64,000 nucleotides of DNA, taken from Escherichia coli. Its GTDB lineage: Bacteria; Pseudomonadota; Gammaproteobacteria; Enterobacterales; Enterobacteriaceae. Under the pieces are notes generated by a model, which was given only the letters and a program-made list of their open reading frames with translations, searched no databases and was not told the origin of the DNA. Made by a program: the position numbers and the translations under genes. The stretch is taken from assembly GCF_001677475.2 (NCBI RefSeq), contig NZ_CP015229.1. One strand, 5' to 3'. Within the stretch, counting starts at the first letter, position 1. Every line of letters starts with the position of its first letter. Shown piece after piece: positions 1 to 13,474 of the stretch.

Positions 1-67
1 TTATTGTAAAAGTGGGGGTATTGCATAGCAGGGTCAAGTCTGACATTCCCGAGTAATTTGGTCAACT

Positions 68-94
68 ATTTACTTGACTGATTTAGTCAGGTAT
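68..94 (-). promoter_or_regulatory. IscR type-1-like operator motif in the presumed iscR promoter region (iscR lies beyond the window start)
   Basis: Minus-strand read ATACCTGACTAAATCAGTCAAGTAAAT fits the IscR type-1 consensus ATASYYGACTRWWWYAGTCRRSTAT; located downstream of the trmJ stop. Confidence 0.4.
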
Positions 95-127
95 TTAACC
101 TTCAGTGCCATTTTACTATCGCGGTAT

Positions 128-228
128 TTGTACCCATTGTCGGATGCGGCGTGAACGCTTTATCCGACCTGAGGCTCTGTGCACTGCAGGCCTGATAAGA
201 CGCGTTAAGCGTCGCATCAGGCAACCAC
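128..228. repeat. REP (repetitive extragenic palindromic) units
   Basis: GC-rich imperfect palindromes of the CGGATGCGGCGTGAACGC / GCCTGATGCGACGC type immediately 3' of trmJ. Confidence 0.5.
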
Positions 229-230
229 TA

Positions 231-971
231 TTATTCGGCCTTATTACCTTTATTCTGCTGCTCTATAGAAGCCAGAATCCCGCGCAGGATATTCAATTCC
301 TGGCTTTCCGGGCGCGCACGGGTAAACAGACGGCGCAATTTATTCATCACCTGCCCCGGATGGTTTTCACGAATAAAACCGGTTGCCAGCAGCGTTTGTT
401 CCAGATGACCATAAAAACGCTCCAGATCATCGACCAGCGGATACGGCGTCTCTTCATGCTCGACCTGCTCACCATTTTCCTGAGTTGCCAGCCAGGCCAT
501 GCGCACTTCATAGGCAATAACCTGAACCGCCATCGCCAGATTCAGCGAACTGTATTCCGGGTTAGCGGCAATCGCGACATGATAATGGCATTTCTGCAAC
601 TCTTCATTGGTCAAGCCGACGCGCTCGCGACCAAAAACCAGCGCCACCGGGGTATTTGCCGCTTCAGCGACGCTTTTCAGACCGCATTCGCGCGGGTCGA
701 GCATCGGCCACGGCAGCGTGCGGGAGCGTGCGCTGGTGCCCACCACCAGGCTACAACCGGCTAACGCTTCGTCGAGCGTATCGACGATGTGAGCATTACC
801 AATCACATCGCTGGCCCCTGCTGCCAAGGCAATCGCCTGGGAGTCAGGTTTCACCAGTGGATTAACCAGCCACAGATTGGTTAATCCCATTGTTTTCATG
901 GCACGGGCAACAGAACCCATATTGCCGGTGTGTGACGTCTCCACCAGCACAATTCGAATATTTTGCAGCAT
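231..971 (-). CDS. trmJ: tRNA (cytidine/uridine-2'-O-)-methyltransferase TrmJ (SpoU/TrmH family)
   Basis: 246-aa ORF recognised as TrmJ; position upstream of suhB matches K-12 gene order. Confidence 0.9.
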
Positions 972-1089
972 TGTCTTTCTTCGTCTAAAGATTATTCGCG
1001 CATCTTATCATAAAACGAAGACAGATGCCGATCTCGCTGCTATACTCTGCGCCGTTTTCCCGTTCTTTAACATCCAGTGAGAGAGACCG

Positions 1090-1893
1090 ATGCATCCGAT
1101 GCTGAACATCGCCGTGCGCGCAGCGCGCAAGGCGGGTAATTTAATTGCCAAAAACTATGAAACCCCGGACGCTGTAGAAGCGAGCCAGAAAGGCAGTAAC
1201 GACTTCGTGACCAACGTAGATAAAGCTGCCGAAGCGGTGATTATCGACACGATTCGTAAATCTTACCCACAGCACACCATCATCACCGAAGAAAGCGGTG
1301 AACTTGAAGGTACTGATCAGGATGTTCAATGGGTTATCGATCCACTGGATGGCACTACCAACTTTATCAAACGTCTGCCGCACTTCGCGGTATCTATCGC
1401 CGTTCGTATCAAAGGCCGCACTGAAGTTGCTGTGGTTTACGATCCTATGCGTAACGAACTGTTCACCGCCACTCGCGGTCAGGGCGCACAGCTGAACGGC
1501 TACCGTCTGCGCGGCAGCACCGCTCGCGATCTCGACGGTACTATTCTGGCGACCGGCTTCCCGTTCAAAGCAAAACAGTACGCCACCACCTACATCAACA
1601 TCGTCGGCAAACTGTTCAACGAATGTGCAGACTTCCGTCGTACCGGTTCTGCGGCGCTGGATCTGGCTTACGTTGCTGCGGGTCGCGTTGACGGTTTCTT
1701 TGAAATCGGTCTGCGTCCGTGGGATTTCGCGGCAGGCGAGCTGCTGGTTCGTGAAGCGGGCGGCATCGTCAGCGACTTCACCGGTGGTCATAACTACATG
1801 CTGACCGGTAACATCGTTGCTGGTAACCCGCGCGTTGTTAAAGCCATGCTGGCGAACATGCGTGACGAGTTAAGCGACGCCCTGAAGCGTTAA
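1090..1893 (+). CDS. suhB: Inositol monophosphatase SuhB
   Basis: 267-aa ORF with IMPase motifs (DPLDGT, WDFAAG). Confidence 0.93.
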   Translation: MHPMLNIAVRAARKAGNLIAKNYETPDAVEASQKGSNDFVTNVDKAAEAVIIDTIRKSYPQHTIITEESGELEGTDQDVQWVIDPLDGTTNFIKRLPHFAVSIAVRIKGRTEVAVVYDPMRNELFTATRGQGAQLNGYRLRGSTARDLDGTILATGFPFKAKQYATTYINIVGKLFNECADFRRTGSAALDLAYVAAGRVDGFFEIGLRPWDFAAGELLVREAGGIVSDFTGGHNYMLTGNIVAGNPRVVKAMLANMRDELSDALKR

Positions 1894-2037
1894 TGACTCT
1901 GGCGGGTGATGTCACTCACCCGCCCTCGCCTTTCAGGCGCTATTCCGAAATACTTCCTCACCGCTTTACTTTCTTTCGCCACTCTCCCACCATCTTTCCC
2001 CGATTAATGGATGATAAAGAAGTCGCAAGGAAAGGTT

Positions 2038-2892
2038 ATGGCGCTGCCAGTGAACAAACGCGTTCTCAAAATTCTGTTTATTCTCTTTGTTGTTGCCTTC
2101 TGCATTTATTTAATACCGCGCATCGCCATCAATTTTTTCTATTACCCTGACGACAAAATCTACGGTCCCGAACCCTGGTCGGCGGAATCCGTCGAATTTA
2201 CGGCTAAGGACGGTACTCATCTGCAAGGCTGGTTTATCCCTTCTTCGACGGGCCCTGCTGATAACGCCATTGCTACCATTATTCATGCTCACGGCAATGC
2301 CGGAAATATGTCCGCCCACTGGCCGCTGGTCAGTTGGTTACCCGAACGTAATTTCAATGTTTTTATGTTTGATTATCGTGGATTCGGTAAATCAAAAGGA
2401 AAACCTTCTCAGGCAGGGTTATTAGACGATACGCAAAGTGCCATCAATGTGGCGCGCCATCGCAGTGATGTAAACCCACAACTGCTGGTGCTGTTCGGGC
2501 AGAGTATTGGCGGGGCGAATATTCTTGATGTTATTGGTCAGGGTGATCGTGAAGGCATACGTGCGGTGATCCTCGACTCCACATTTGCCTCTTATGCGAC
2601 CATCGCCAACCAGATGATCCCCGGCAGTGGCTACTTACTTGATGAGAGTTACAGCGGCGAAAATTACATCGCCAGCGTCAGCCCGATCCCGCTTTTACTG
2701 ATTCACGGTAAAGCTGATCACGTTATCCCATGGCAGCACAGCGAAAAGTTGTATAGCCAGGCAAAAGAGCCAAAACGGTTGATCCTAATCCCTGATGGCG
2801 AACACATTGATGCTTTTTCCGATCGTCACGGCGATGTTTATCGCGAACAGATGGTGGATTTTATCCTTAGCGCGTTGAATCCGCAGAACTAA
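2038..2892 (+). CDS. yfhR: Alpha/beta-hydrolase (S9 peptidase-like) membrane-anchored protein YfhR
   Basis: ORF 2011..2892 trimmed to the internal Met (MALPVNKR...) giving 284 aa; N-terminal TM helix and GQSIGG nucleophile elbow. Confidence 0.8.
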   Translation: MALPVNKRVLKILFILFVVAFCIYLIPRIAINFFYYPDDKIYGPEPWSAESVEFTAKDGTHLQGWFIPSSTGPADNAIATIIHAHGNAGNMSAHWPLVSWLPERNFNVFMFDYRGFGKSKGKPSQAGLLDDTQSAINVARHRSDVNPQLLVLFGQSIGGANILDVIGQGDREGIRAVILDSTFASYATIANQMIPGSGYLLDESYSGENYIASVSPIPLLLIHGKADHVIPWQHSEKLYSQAKEPKRLILIPDGEHIDAFSDRHGDVYREQMVDFILSALNPQN

Positions 2893-3082
2893 CCCATGAT
2901 CGCTAGCACGATAATCATTCACAAAACCACCTTAAGACATGCTAATCCACTGGTCAGAACAGTTTAAGATGAGAAAAATTCTGTGACGCTTGCCAACATT
3001 TCTGATGATTAGCATTCCCTTCGCCATTTCCCTGAGCAAACTTTAGCTATTCTTATCAATTATGCTTATGGGAGATCTACAG

Positions 3083-4363
3083 ATGATGCCTACGCTTGCT
3101 CCACCATCTGTCCTTTCGGCTCCCCAGCGCCGCTGCCAGATCTTGCTGACACTCTTTCAGCCGGGGTTGACCGCCACCACGGCAACTTTCAGCGAGCTTA
3201 ATGGTGTGGATGATGATATTGCCAGTCTTGATATCAGCGAAACAGGACGGGAGATCCTGCGCTATCATCAACTCACACTGACTACTGGTTATGACGGTAG
3301 CTACCGGGTTGAAGGTACAGTGCTTAACCAACGTTTGTGTTTATTTCACTGGCTACGACGTGGTTTCCGTCTGTGTCCGTCATTTATTACCAGCCATTTC
3401 ACCCCCGCCCTGAAGAGTGAACTGAAGCGGCGCGGAATTGCGCGTAACTTTTACGACGATACCAATCTACAAGCGTTAGTGAATCTCTGCTCCCGACGGC
3501 TGCAAAAACGCTTTGAAACGCGCGATATTCATTTCCTGTGTCTGTATCTGCAATATTGTTTGCTGCAACACCACGCTGGAATTACGCCTCAGTTTAATCC
3601 GCTCCAACGTCGCTGGGCGGAATCCTGCCTTGAATTTCAGGTAGCGCAGGAAATTGGACGCCACTGGCAGCGTCGGGCGCTCCAGCCTGTACCGCCTGAT
3701 GAGCCACTGTTTATGGCATTACTTTTTTCCATGTTGCGGGTTCCCGATCCACTGCGGGATGCGCATCAGCGGGACAGACAACTGCGTAAGTCTATCAAAC
3801 GTCTGGTAAACCACTTTCGTGAGCTGGGAAATGTTAGTTTTTATGATGAACAGGGGTTATACGATCAGCTTTATACCCACCTCGCCCAGGCGTTAAATCG
3901 CAGTTTGTTTGCCATCGGTATTGATAACACCCTGCCGGAAGAGTTCGCCCGCCTGTATCCACGCCTGGTGCGCACCACCCGCGCGGCGCTGGCCGGATTT
4001 GAAAGTGAATACGGCGTCCATCTTTCTGATGAGGAAAGCGGTCTGGTCGCGGTGATTTTTGGTGCCTGGCTAATGCAGGAAAACGACCTGCATGAGAAAC
4101 AGATTATTCTACTGACCGGGAATGATAGCGAGCGAGAAGCGCAGATTGAGCAGCAGCTACGCGAACTAACGTTACTGCCGCTCAACATTAAACATATGTC
4201 GGTAAAGGCATTTTTGCAGACAGGCGCTCCGCGCGACGCGGCACTGATTATTGCGCCTTATACCATGCCGTTACCGCTCTTTTCACCACCGCTGATCTAT
4301 ACGGACCTGACGCTGACAACACATCAACAGGAGCAGATCCGCAAAATGCTCGAATCAGCATGA
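3083..4363 (+). CDS. csiE: Stationary-phase-inducible protein CsiE
   Basis: ORF 3062..4363 trimmed to MMPTLAPP... (426 aa); recognised as CsiE; 3' end overlaps convergent hcaT. Confidence 0.8.
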   Translation: MMPTLAPPSVLSAPQRRCQILLTLFQPGLTATTATFSELNGVDDDIASLDISETGREILRYHQLTLTTGYDGSYRVEGTVLNQRLCLFHWLRRGFRLCPSFITSHFTPALKSELKRRGIARNFYDDTNLQALVNLCSRRLQKRFETRDIHFLCLYLQYCLLQHHAGITPQFNPLQRRWAESCLEFQVAQEIGRHWQRRALQPVPPDEPLFMALLFSMLRVPDPLRDAHQRDRQLRKSIKRLVNHFRELGNVSFYDEQGLYDQLYTHLAQALNRSLFAIGIDNTLPEEFARLYPRLVRTTRAALAGFESEYGVHLSDEESGLVAVIFGAWLMQENDLHEKQIILLTGNDSEREAQIEQQLRELTLLPLNIKHMSVKAFLQTGAPRDAALIIAPYTMPLPLFSPPLIYTDLTLTTHQQEQIRKMLESA

Positions 4364-5494
4364 GGGAACAACTTTCGGGCGCAAAAACATTGCCGGAAGC
4401 GCCACCAGCGCCATCACCCAGAACACGCCGTGCCCCAGATATTGATACAGGAAACCGGCGAAAACGGTCATGATCGCAATACTGCCGCCCATCGCGACGG
4501 CAGAGTAAACCGCCTGTAAACGGATGACTTCGCTACCCTGGCGAGCGGCAATATAGCGCATGGCGGCCAGGTGGCAGACCGTGAAGGTGCCGCAATGCAG
4601 AATTTGCACCACTATCAACCACGGCAACGCCGTCGTTGCTCCCATAATGCCCCAGCGCACTACGCCGCAAATCGCCGAGATCAACAGCATATCGCGTGCA
4701 CTACAACGGCGGAAAAGTTTATTACTCAGCGCAAAGATAATGACTTCCGCCACTACGCCCAGCGACCACAAATAGCCCACCGCCGAGGCCGAGTAGCCAG
4801 CAGCCTGCCAGTAAATGGCGCTAAAACCGTAATAGGCCGCATGCGCCCCCTGCAATAAACAAACGCAGGCCAGAAAGCGCCAGTTCTGGCGAACCAGCGC
4901 CAACCACGCAGACCAACCGGTGCTCTCCTGCTGGCGGCTTGCCCCTTGTGGCTGAATCGTCGGACGGATGAGAAAGCCGAGCAGCATGGATGCCACGCCC
5001 AACGTTAACAGCGCGAGGATCACCCGATAATCAAACATAGTGACCAGTTTACCCGTCAACGCCGAGCCAATGACAAACGCCACCGAGCCCCACAATCGCA
5101 CTTTGCCGTAATCAAGCGGGAACTGCTTTTGCCACGTATTCGCCAGTGCATCGGTCAACGGTACCAGCGGTGAGAAAAAGAGGTTAAAGCCAATCATCAC
5201 CAGCATCAGCCACGCTACGTGCGCCCCCGCCCAGAATGCGACAGCAAAGAGAAGTGTCAGCAGTGCCAGCACGCGCAAGGCGGAAATCAGGCGAGAAGGA
5301 TCGCTGACGCGGGGCGCGATGAGCAAACTCCCGAGAAAACGGGCAACCAGACCTGCCCCCAATAACAGGCCGATGGTTTCTGGCGTTAAACCAATCCCCT
5401 TAAGCCAGACGCTCCAGAAAGGTAGAAAAATGCCGTAACTAAAAAAGTATGTGAAATAGCCGAGCGCCAACCAGCGCGTGGATTGCAAAACCAT
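4355..5494 (-). CDS. hcaT: MFS transporter HcaT (putative 3-phenylpropionate transporter)
   Basis: 379-aa polytopic membrane ORF recognised as HcaT; adjacent to hcaR. Confidence 0.85.
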   Translation of the reverse strand: MVLQSTRWLALGYFTYFFSYGIFLPFWSVWLKGIGLTPETIGLLLGAGLVARFLGSLLIAPRVSDPSRLISALRVLALLTLLFAVAFWAGAHVAWLMLVMIGFNLFFSPLVPLTDALANTWQKQFPLDYGKVRLWGSVAFVIGSALTGKLVTMFDYRVILALLTLGVASMLLGFLIRPTIQPQGASRQQESTGWSAWLALVRQNWRFLACVCLLQGAHAAYYGFSAIYWQAAGYSASAVGYLWSLGVVAEVIIFALSNKLFRRCSARDMLLISAICGVVRWGIMGATTALPWLIVVQILHCGTFTVCHLAAMRYIAARQGSEVIRLQAVYSAVAMGGSIAIMTVFAGFLYQYLGHGVFWVMALVALPAMFLRPKVVPSC

Positions 5495-5653
5495 GAGTCC
5501 CTCCCGTCAGGAGGCGTTAGTCTGGGGTTAATCGAATGTTGGTGCAAGTTGAAAAATAAGAATATTCGAGCCTGCTTCCCGATGTCTGTAACACCAGTTC
5601 ACAAGCACTAAAAAACTGCGATCCGCGACGCATGTTGCAAAAATAATGCGTAA

Positions 5654-6544
5654 TTATGCCGTTACGCTTGCCAAACGTTCCTGCACAATGGCGATGAAAT
5701 CGCGTAATGCCGGCTTCATCTCCCCTTTCTTCCACGCCATCAGTAAAGCAATGGAAGGCACATTTCCGGCAATGGGACGAAAAACAACCTGCCCGGTATT
5801 AAAATTATTCATATAACCGGGTATCAAAGTGACGCCCAGCCCCATGCCCACCAGATTCATGGTCACCAGAATATTCGTTGCCACCTGGACGACATTTGGC
5901 TGGCTGTTTTCTTGTGCAAACCACGCTTTAACGATCGGCGCAAGCGAACCGGAATACGCTGGATCAGTACTGACGAAATTCACGCCATCCAGTTGAGCGG
6001 CGGTGATCTCTTTTTCATGTGCTAAAGGGTGATCAACCGGTAACACCACCACTAATGGTTCGTCAAAAAGCTCCAGATAATCAATCTCCGGGCTATAAAC
6101 AGGATGGCGCATTAAGCCGACGTCGAGTTCACCACGGCGAATTTTTTCCTCCTGTTGCGTGGTGATTAAACTCACCAGCTCAATCAAGGTGTCTGGCTGT
6201 CTGAGACGAAACATCGGTAATACTTTTGGCAGTAAATTCACTTCCGCCGATGGTACAAAGCCAATGGTTAATTGTCTGTCTTCCTGAACAATTTTCCGCG
6301 CCCGTAATTTGGCATTTTCCGCTTGTTCGAGGATTGCCAGCGCGTCCTGGAGAAAACATTCTCCCGCCGCCGTCAACGCGACTTTGCGCTTATCCCTCAC
6401 CAGTAACGGAACACCGACACAGTTTTCAAGATCGCGGATCTGGCTGCTTAACGAAGGCTGTGAGGTATGCAGTTTTTCCGCCGCACGGGTAAAGTTCAGT
6501 GCCTGCGCCACTGCGACGAAATAGCGTAAATGCCGTAGTTCCAT
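5654..6544 (-). CDS. hcaR: LysR-family activator HcaR
   Basis: ORF trimmed to MELRHLRYFVAVA... (296 aa, canonical LysR HTH start); divergent from hcaE. Confidence 0.85.
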   Translation of the reverse strand: MELRHLRYFVAVAQALNFTRAAEKLHTSQPSLSSQIRDLENCVGVPLLVRDKRKVALTAAGECFLQDALAILEQAENAKLRARKIVQEDRQLTIGFVPSAEVNLLPKVLPMFRLRQPDTLIELVSLITTQQEEKIRRGELDVGLMRHPVYSPEIDYLELFDEPLVVVLPVDHPLAHEKEITAAQLDGVNFVSTDPAYSGSLAPIVKAWFAQENSQPNVVQVATNILVTMNLVGMGLGVTLIPGYMNNFNTGQVVFRPIAGNVPSIALLMAWKKGEMKPALRDFIAIVQERLASVTA

Positions 6545-6643
6545 CACCTTCCCCTTGTTATCGAAAAAACGTCTCAGCTGGTAGAAATTAACTATTTCAC
6601 ATATTAGCAACCAACCAGCAACATCCTTATGGCACAAAAATAG

Positions 6644-8555
<1,912 letters not shown>

Positions 8556-8556
<1 letters not shown>

Positions 8557-8876
8557 TGAATCGAATTTATGCGTGTCCCGTTGCGGATGTGCCGGAGGGT
8601 GAGGCTCTCCGGATCGATACCTCGCCCGTCATCGCCCTGTTCAACGTAGGCGGCGAGTTTTATGCCATTAACGATCGTTGCAGCCATGGTAATGCGTCGA
8701 TGTCAGAAGGGTATCTGGAAGATGACGCCACGGTGGAGTGCCCGCTGCACGCCGCCAGTTTTTGCCTGAAAACGGGGAAAGCGTTATGCCTGCCCGCCAC
8801 CGATCCGCTAACCACTTATCCAGTACACGTTGAAGGTGGTGACATCTTCATCGACTTACCGGAGGCGCAGCCATGA
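8556..8876 (+). CDS. hcaC: Rieske ferredoxin of 3-phenylpropionate dioxygenase
   Basis: 106 aa; [11 protein letters not shown]...CPLH Rieske motif. Confidence 0.9.
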
Positions 8877-9685
8877 GCGATCTGCATAACGAGTCCATCT
8901 TTATTACCGGCGGCGGATCGGGATTAGGCCTGGCGCTGGTCGAGCGATTTATCGAAGAAGGCGCGCAGGTTGCCACGCTGGAACTGTCGGCGGCAAAATT
9001 CGCCAGTCTGCGTCAGCGATTTGGCGAACATATTCTGGCGGTGGAAGGTAACGTGACCTGCTATGCCGATTATCAACGCGCGGTCGATCAGATCCTGACT
9101 CGTTCTGGCAAGCTGGATTGTTTTATCGGCAATGCGGGCATCTGGGATCACAATGCCTCACTAGTTAATACTCCCGCAGAGACGCTCGAAACCGGCTTCC
9201 ACGAGCTGTTTAACGTCAACGTACTCGGTTACCTGCTGGGCGCAAAAGCCTGCGCTCCGGCGTTAATCGCCAGTGAAGGCAGCATGATTTTCACACTGTC
9301 AAATGCCGCCTGGTATCCCGGCGGCGGTGGCCCGCTGTACACCGCCAGTAAACATGCCGCAACCGGACTTATTCGCCAACTGGCTTATGAACTGGCACCG
9401 AAAGTGCGGGTGAATGGCGTCGGCCCGTGTGGTATGGCCAGCGACCTGCGCGGCCCACAGGCGCTCGGGCAAAGTGAAACCTCGATAATGCAGTCTCTGA
9501 CGCCGGAGAAAATTGCTGCCATTTTACCGCTGCAATTTTTCCCGCAACCGGCGGATTTTACGGGTCCGTATGTGATGTTGGCATCGCGGCGCAATAATCG
9601 CGCATTAAGCGGTGTGATGATCAACGCTGATGCGGGTTTAGCGATTCGCGGCATTCGCCACGTAGCGGCTGGGCTGGATCTTTAA
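8873..9685 (+). CDS. hcaB: Cis-dihydrodiol dehydrogenase (SDR family)
   Basis: 270 aa; TGGGSGLG Rossmann motif; overlaps hcaC stop. Confidence 0.9.
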   Translation: MSDLHNESIFITGGGSGLGLALVERFIEEGAQVATLELSAAKFASLRQRFGEHILAVEGNVTCYADYQRAVDQILTRSGKLDCFIGNAGIWDHNASLVNTPAETLETGFHELFNVNVLGYLLGAKACAPALIASEGSMIFTLSNAAWYPGGGGPLYTASKHAATGLIRQLAYELAPKVRVNGVGPCGMASDLRGPQALGQSETSIMQSLTPEKIAAILPLQFFPQPADFTGPYVMLASRRNNRALSGVMINADAGLAIRGIRHVAAGLDL

Positions 9686-10897
<1,212 letters not shown>

Positions 10898-10993
10898 CCA
10901 GGATAATTAGCGAATATCTCAATGCCTGGGGCGTGGCGAGGTGCAAGAGTGTGTATTACGTTTAAATCACATTATCTTGCAAAGGGATTGGTT

Positions 10994-11416
10994 ATGAACT
11001 CACTACGTTATTTTGATTTTGGAGCTGCCCGCCCCGTTTTGTTATTAATTGCCCGTATCGCCGTGGTCTTAATTTTCATTATTTTTGGTTTTCCCAAAAT
11101 GATGGGCTTTGACGGTACGGTCCAATATATGGCCTCGCTGGGCGCGCCGATGCCGATGCTGGCAGCGATTATTGCGGTAGTTATGGAAGTGCCCGCCGCG
11201 ATATTAATCGTGCTTGGCTTTTTCACCCGTCCGCTGGCGGTGCTGTTTATTTTCTACACGCTGGGTACGGCGGTGATTGGTCACCATTACTGGGATATGA
11301 CCGGCGATGCGGTTGGGCCAAATATGATTAATTTCTGGAAGAATGTCAGTATCGCTGGCGCATTCCTGCTGTTGGCAATTACCGGGCCGGGGGCAATTTC
11401 TCTCGATCGGCGTTAG
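10994..11416 (+). CDS. yphA: DoxX-family inner-membrane protein YphA
   Basis: ORF 10922..11416 trimmed to MNSLRYF... (140 aa); strongly hydrophobic. Confidence 0.75.
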   Translation: MNSLRYFDFGAARPVLLLIARIAVVLIFIIFGFPKMMGFDGTVQYMASLGAPMPMLAAIIAVVMEVPAAILIVLGFFTRPLAVLFIFYTLGTAVIGHHYWDMTGDAVGPNMINFWKNVSIAGAFLLLAITGPGAISLDRR

Positions 11417-11419
11417 GAA

Positions 11420-11456
11420 AGATGCCGGATGCGGCGTGAACGCCTGATCCGGCATT
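11420..11456. repeat. REP element
   Basis: GATGCCGGATGCGGCGTGAACGCCTGATCCGGCAT palindrome between convergent yphA and yphB. Confidence 0.5.
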
Positions 11457-11463
11457 TTATAAA

Positions 11464-12336
11464 TTACAGTAACGCAACCCGCAACGACATCTCTGAAGTT
11501 GTTGATTCCCCTGGTGCAAGCGCAATGAGATCACCCCCTTCCGGGCGATGATGGTCATCCGGCGCATGGCTCATCGGTTCCAGACAGAAGAAATCAAACG
11601 CATATCCTTTATCAAACGCCGGGTCGGAAACAAAGATGAAATAACATGGTGCAGGTGGCGTCGTTTCCATGATGATGGCATAACCCTCCTGCGGCTGCTC
11701 GATGCGGGCCTGACCACTCCATCCGGCAAAGCCATTGTTTACCCACTGGCGCGGCAACGGCGCGAGCTGGTTGAAATCCAGCTCCTGCGGTAGCTGCTCG
11801 CAAAACTCACCCGCCAGCCACTGCTCCTGCTCCCGCCAGTAACCGCTCGCCTGCGCCTGAATCCGCGTTTGTGGTGACAACGGAAAATAAGGATGCCAGC
11901 CGGTACCAAATGGTAGCGTCTCTGCCCCTTGATTGGTGACAGAGAGCGTCACCGTCAGCGTATCTGCCGTTAAATGAAACGCCTGACTTACCCGATAGTG
12001 ATAAACACCGCTGCGATGTTCATACACCAGACACAAGCTATCTTCGCTGCGCGAGACACATTGCCACTGCCCCAGCCAGCCGTCGCCGTGCAGATAGTGC
12101 GCATCCCACTCAACATTCGGTTGCAGTTGATACTCACGCCCCTGCCAGACAAAACGATTGCCGCTCACCCGGTTTGCAAACGGCACCAGCGGAAAACAGG
12201 AGGCATCGGTTGCCACACCGCTTTTTTTACCAGGACGTAAGAGCGGCGTCGTATCACGCCAGAAACCTTCGATGACACCGCCCTGGTCAGAGACATCCAG
12301 CTTTAGCGGTCCGTGAGATAAGGTATAGATGGTCAT
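11464..12336 (-). CDS. yphB: Aldose 1-epimerase-family protein YphB
   Basis: 290-aa ORF recognised as YphB (mutarotase-like). Confidence 0.85.
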   Translation of the reverse strand: MTIYTLSHGPLKLDVSDQGGVIEGFWRDTTPLLRPGKKSGVATDASCFPLVPFANRVSGNRFVWQGREYQLQPNVEWDAHYLHGDGWLGQWQCVSRSEDSLCLVYEHRSGVYHYRVSQAFHLTADTLTVTLSVTNQGAETLPFGTGWHPYFPLSPQTRIQAQASGYWREQEQWLAGEFCEQLPQELDFNQLAPLPRQWVNNGFAGWSGQARIEQPQEGYAIIMETTPPAPCYFIFVSDPAFDKGYAFDFFCLEPMSHAPDDHHRPEGGDLIALAPGESTTSEMSLRVALL

Positions 12337-12347
12337 CCGCTAACTCC

Positions 12348-13409
12348 TTAATCCGGGAAGTTAATCACAACTTTCCCGCATTTGCCGCTCGCCATCAGCG
12401 CATAGGCATCACCTGCCTGTTCCAGCGAGAAGCGATGGGTAATGGCGTTACGCGGCCACAGTTTCCAGTCCGTCAGATCATGGGCGCATTTTTCCATATG
12501 GAACAGACTGGTCACCCAGGAGCCGATAATCCGCCGTTGATGGTGCATCAGATCGGCGCTGACCTCGAACTCCACTTTTCCGGTTTCTCCGATGTAAACC
12601 ACCCGTCCCCAGTCAGCGGTGGATCGCAGTGCCAGCAAGCGACCTGCGGCATTACCAGAACAATCGAGCGCAACATCCGCGCCACCGTGGGTGAGTTCGG
12701 CGATAATCTGCGGCAGACCTTCGGTGGTTGCTAAATAGCCGTGATCCATCACCCCTAACTGTTTTGCCATCGCCAGACGTTCCGGCAGCATATCAACGCC
12801 GATGATCCGTTTTGCACCGCGACCTTTCGCCAGCATCATCGCCATCATGCCGACTGGCCCCAGACCGACCACCAGCACGTTATCACTGCCGGAAACTTCG
12901 CCGCGCAAAATTCCTTCATACGCTGTACCAACGCCGCAACTGATAAACGCACCATCTTCGTAGCTCAGCGCATCCGGCAGGAGGATCAGATCTTTTTCTT
13001 CCGCCAGCAAGTATTCGGCATGACCGCCGTCACGCTGCCAGCCGTAAGCCGCTTTTCCTTCGCCAGTACAAGAAATAGGAAAACCGCGACGGCAGTTCGG
13101 GCAAAAACCACAGCCAGAAATGTGATACACCAGCACGCGGTCGCCCTCTTTAAAATGGCGGCAGCCTTGCCCCATCGCCACAATCTGCCCGCACGGTTCA
13201 TGACCGTTGATAAATCCCTGGTATAACGGTTTATCGGGTGCCGCTGCCGTGGCACGGTGTTGATGATAGATATAGTGGACATCACTTCCGCAAATCCCGG
13301 AGGATTTCATTTTGATCAGTACCTGGTTAATCCCCGGCGTCGGCACCGCAACTTCCCGCAGATCGACGGTCGAATTTCCTGGTAAATAAGCTGCCAGCAT
13401 CGTTTTCAT
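12348..13409 (-). CDS. yphC: Zn-dependent alcohol/polyol dehydrogenase (MDR family) YphC
   Basis: ORF trimmed to MKTMLAAY... (353 aa); GHEPCG zinc motif and GLGPVG NAD motif. Confidence 0.85.
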   Translation of the reverse strand: MKTMLAAYLPGNSTVDLREVAVPTPGINQVLIKMKSSGICGSDVHYIYHQHRATAAAPDKPLYQGFINGHEPCGQIVAMGQGCRHFKEGDRVLVYHISGCGFCPNCRRGFPISCTGEGKAAYGWQRDGGHAEYLLAEEKDLILLPDALSYEDGAFISCGVGTAYEGILRGEVSGSDNVLVVGLGPVGMMAMMLAKGRGAKRIIGVDMLPERLAMAKQLGVMDHGYLATTEGLPQIIAELTHGGADVALDCSGNAAGRLLALRSTADWGRVVYIGETGKVEFEVSADLMHHQRRIIGSWVTSLFHMEKCAHDLTDWKLWPRNAITHRFSLEQAGDAYALMASGKCGKVVINFPD

Positions 13410-13474
13410 AAATCCCTCATTAACAATACGATTAATTTTCATCCCTGCCGCACCCGCGCCAGGGGCGTTAAGGT

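Noticed and set aside
105-764. 219-aa plus-strand ORF at the window start
   Set aside because: Overlaps trmJ on the opposite strand and runs through REP repeats; no recognisable domain.
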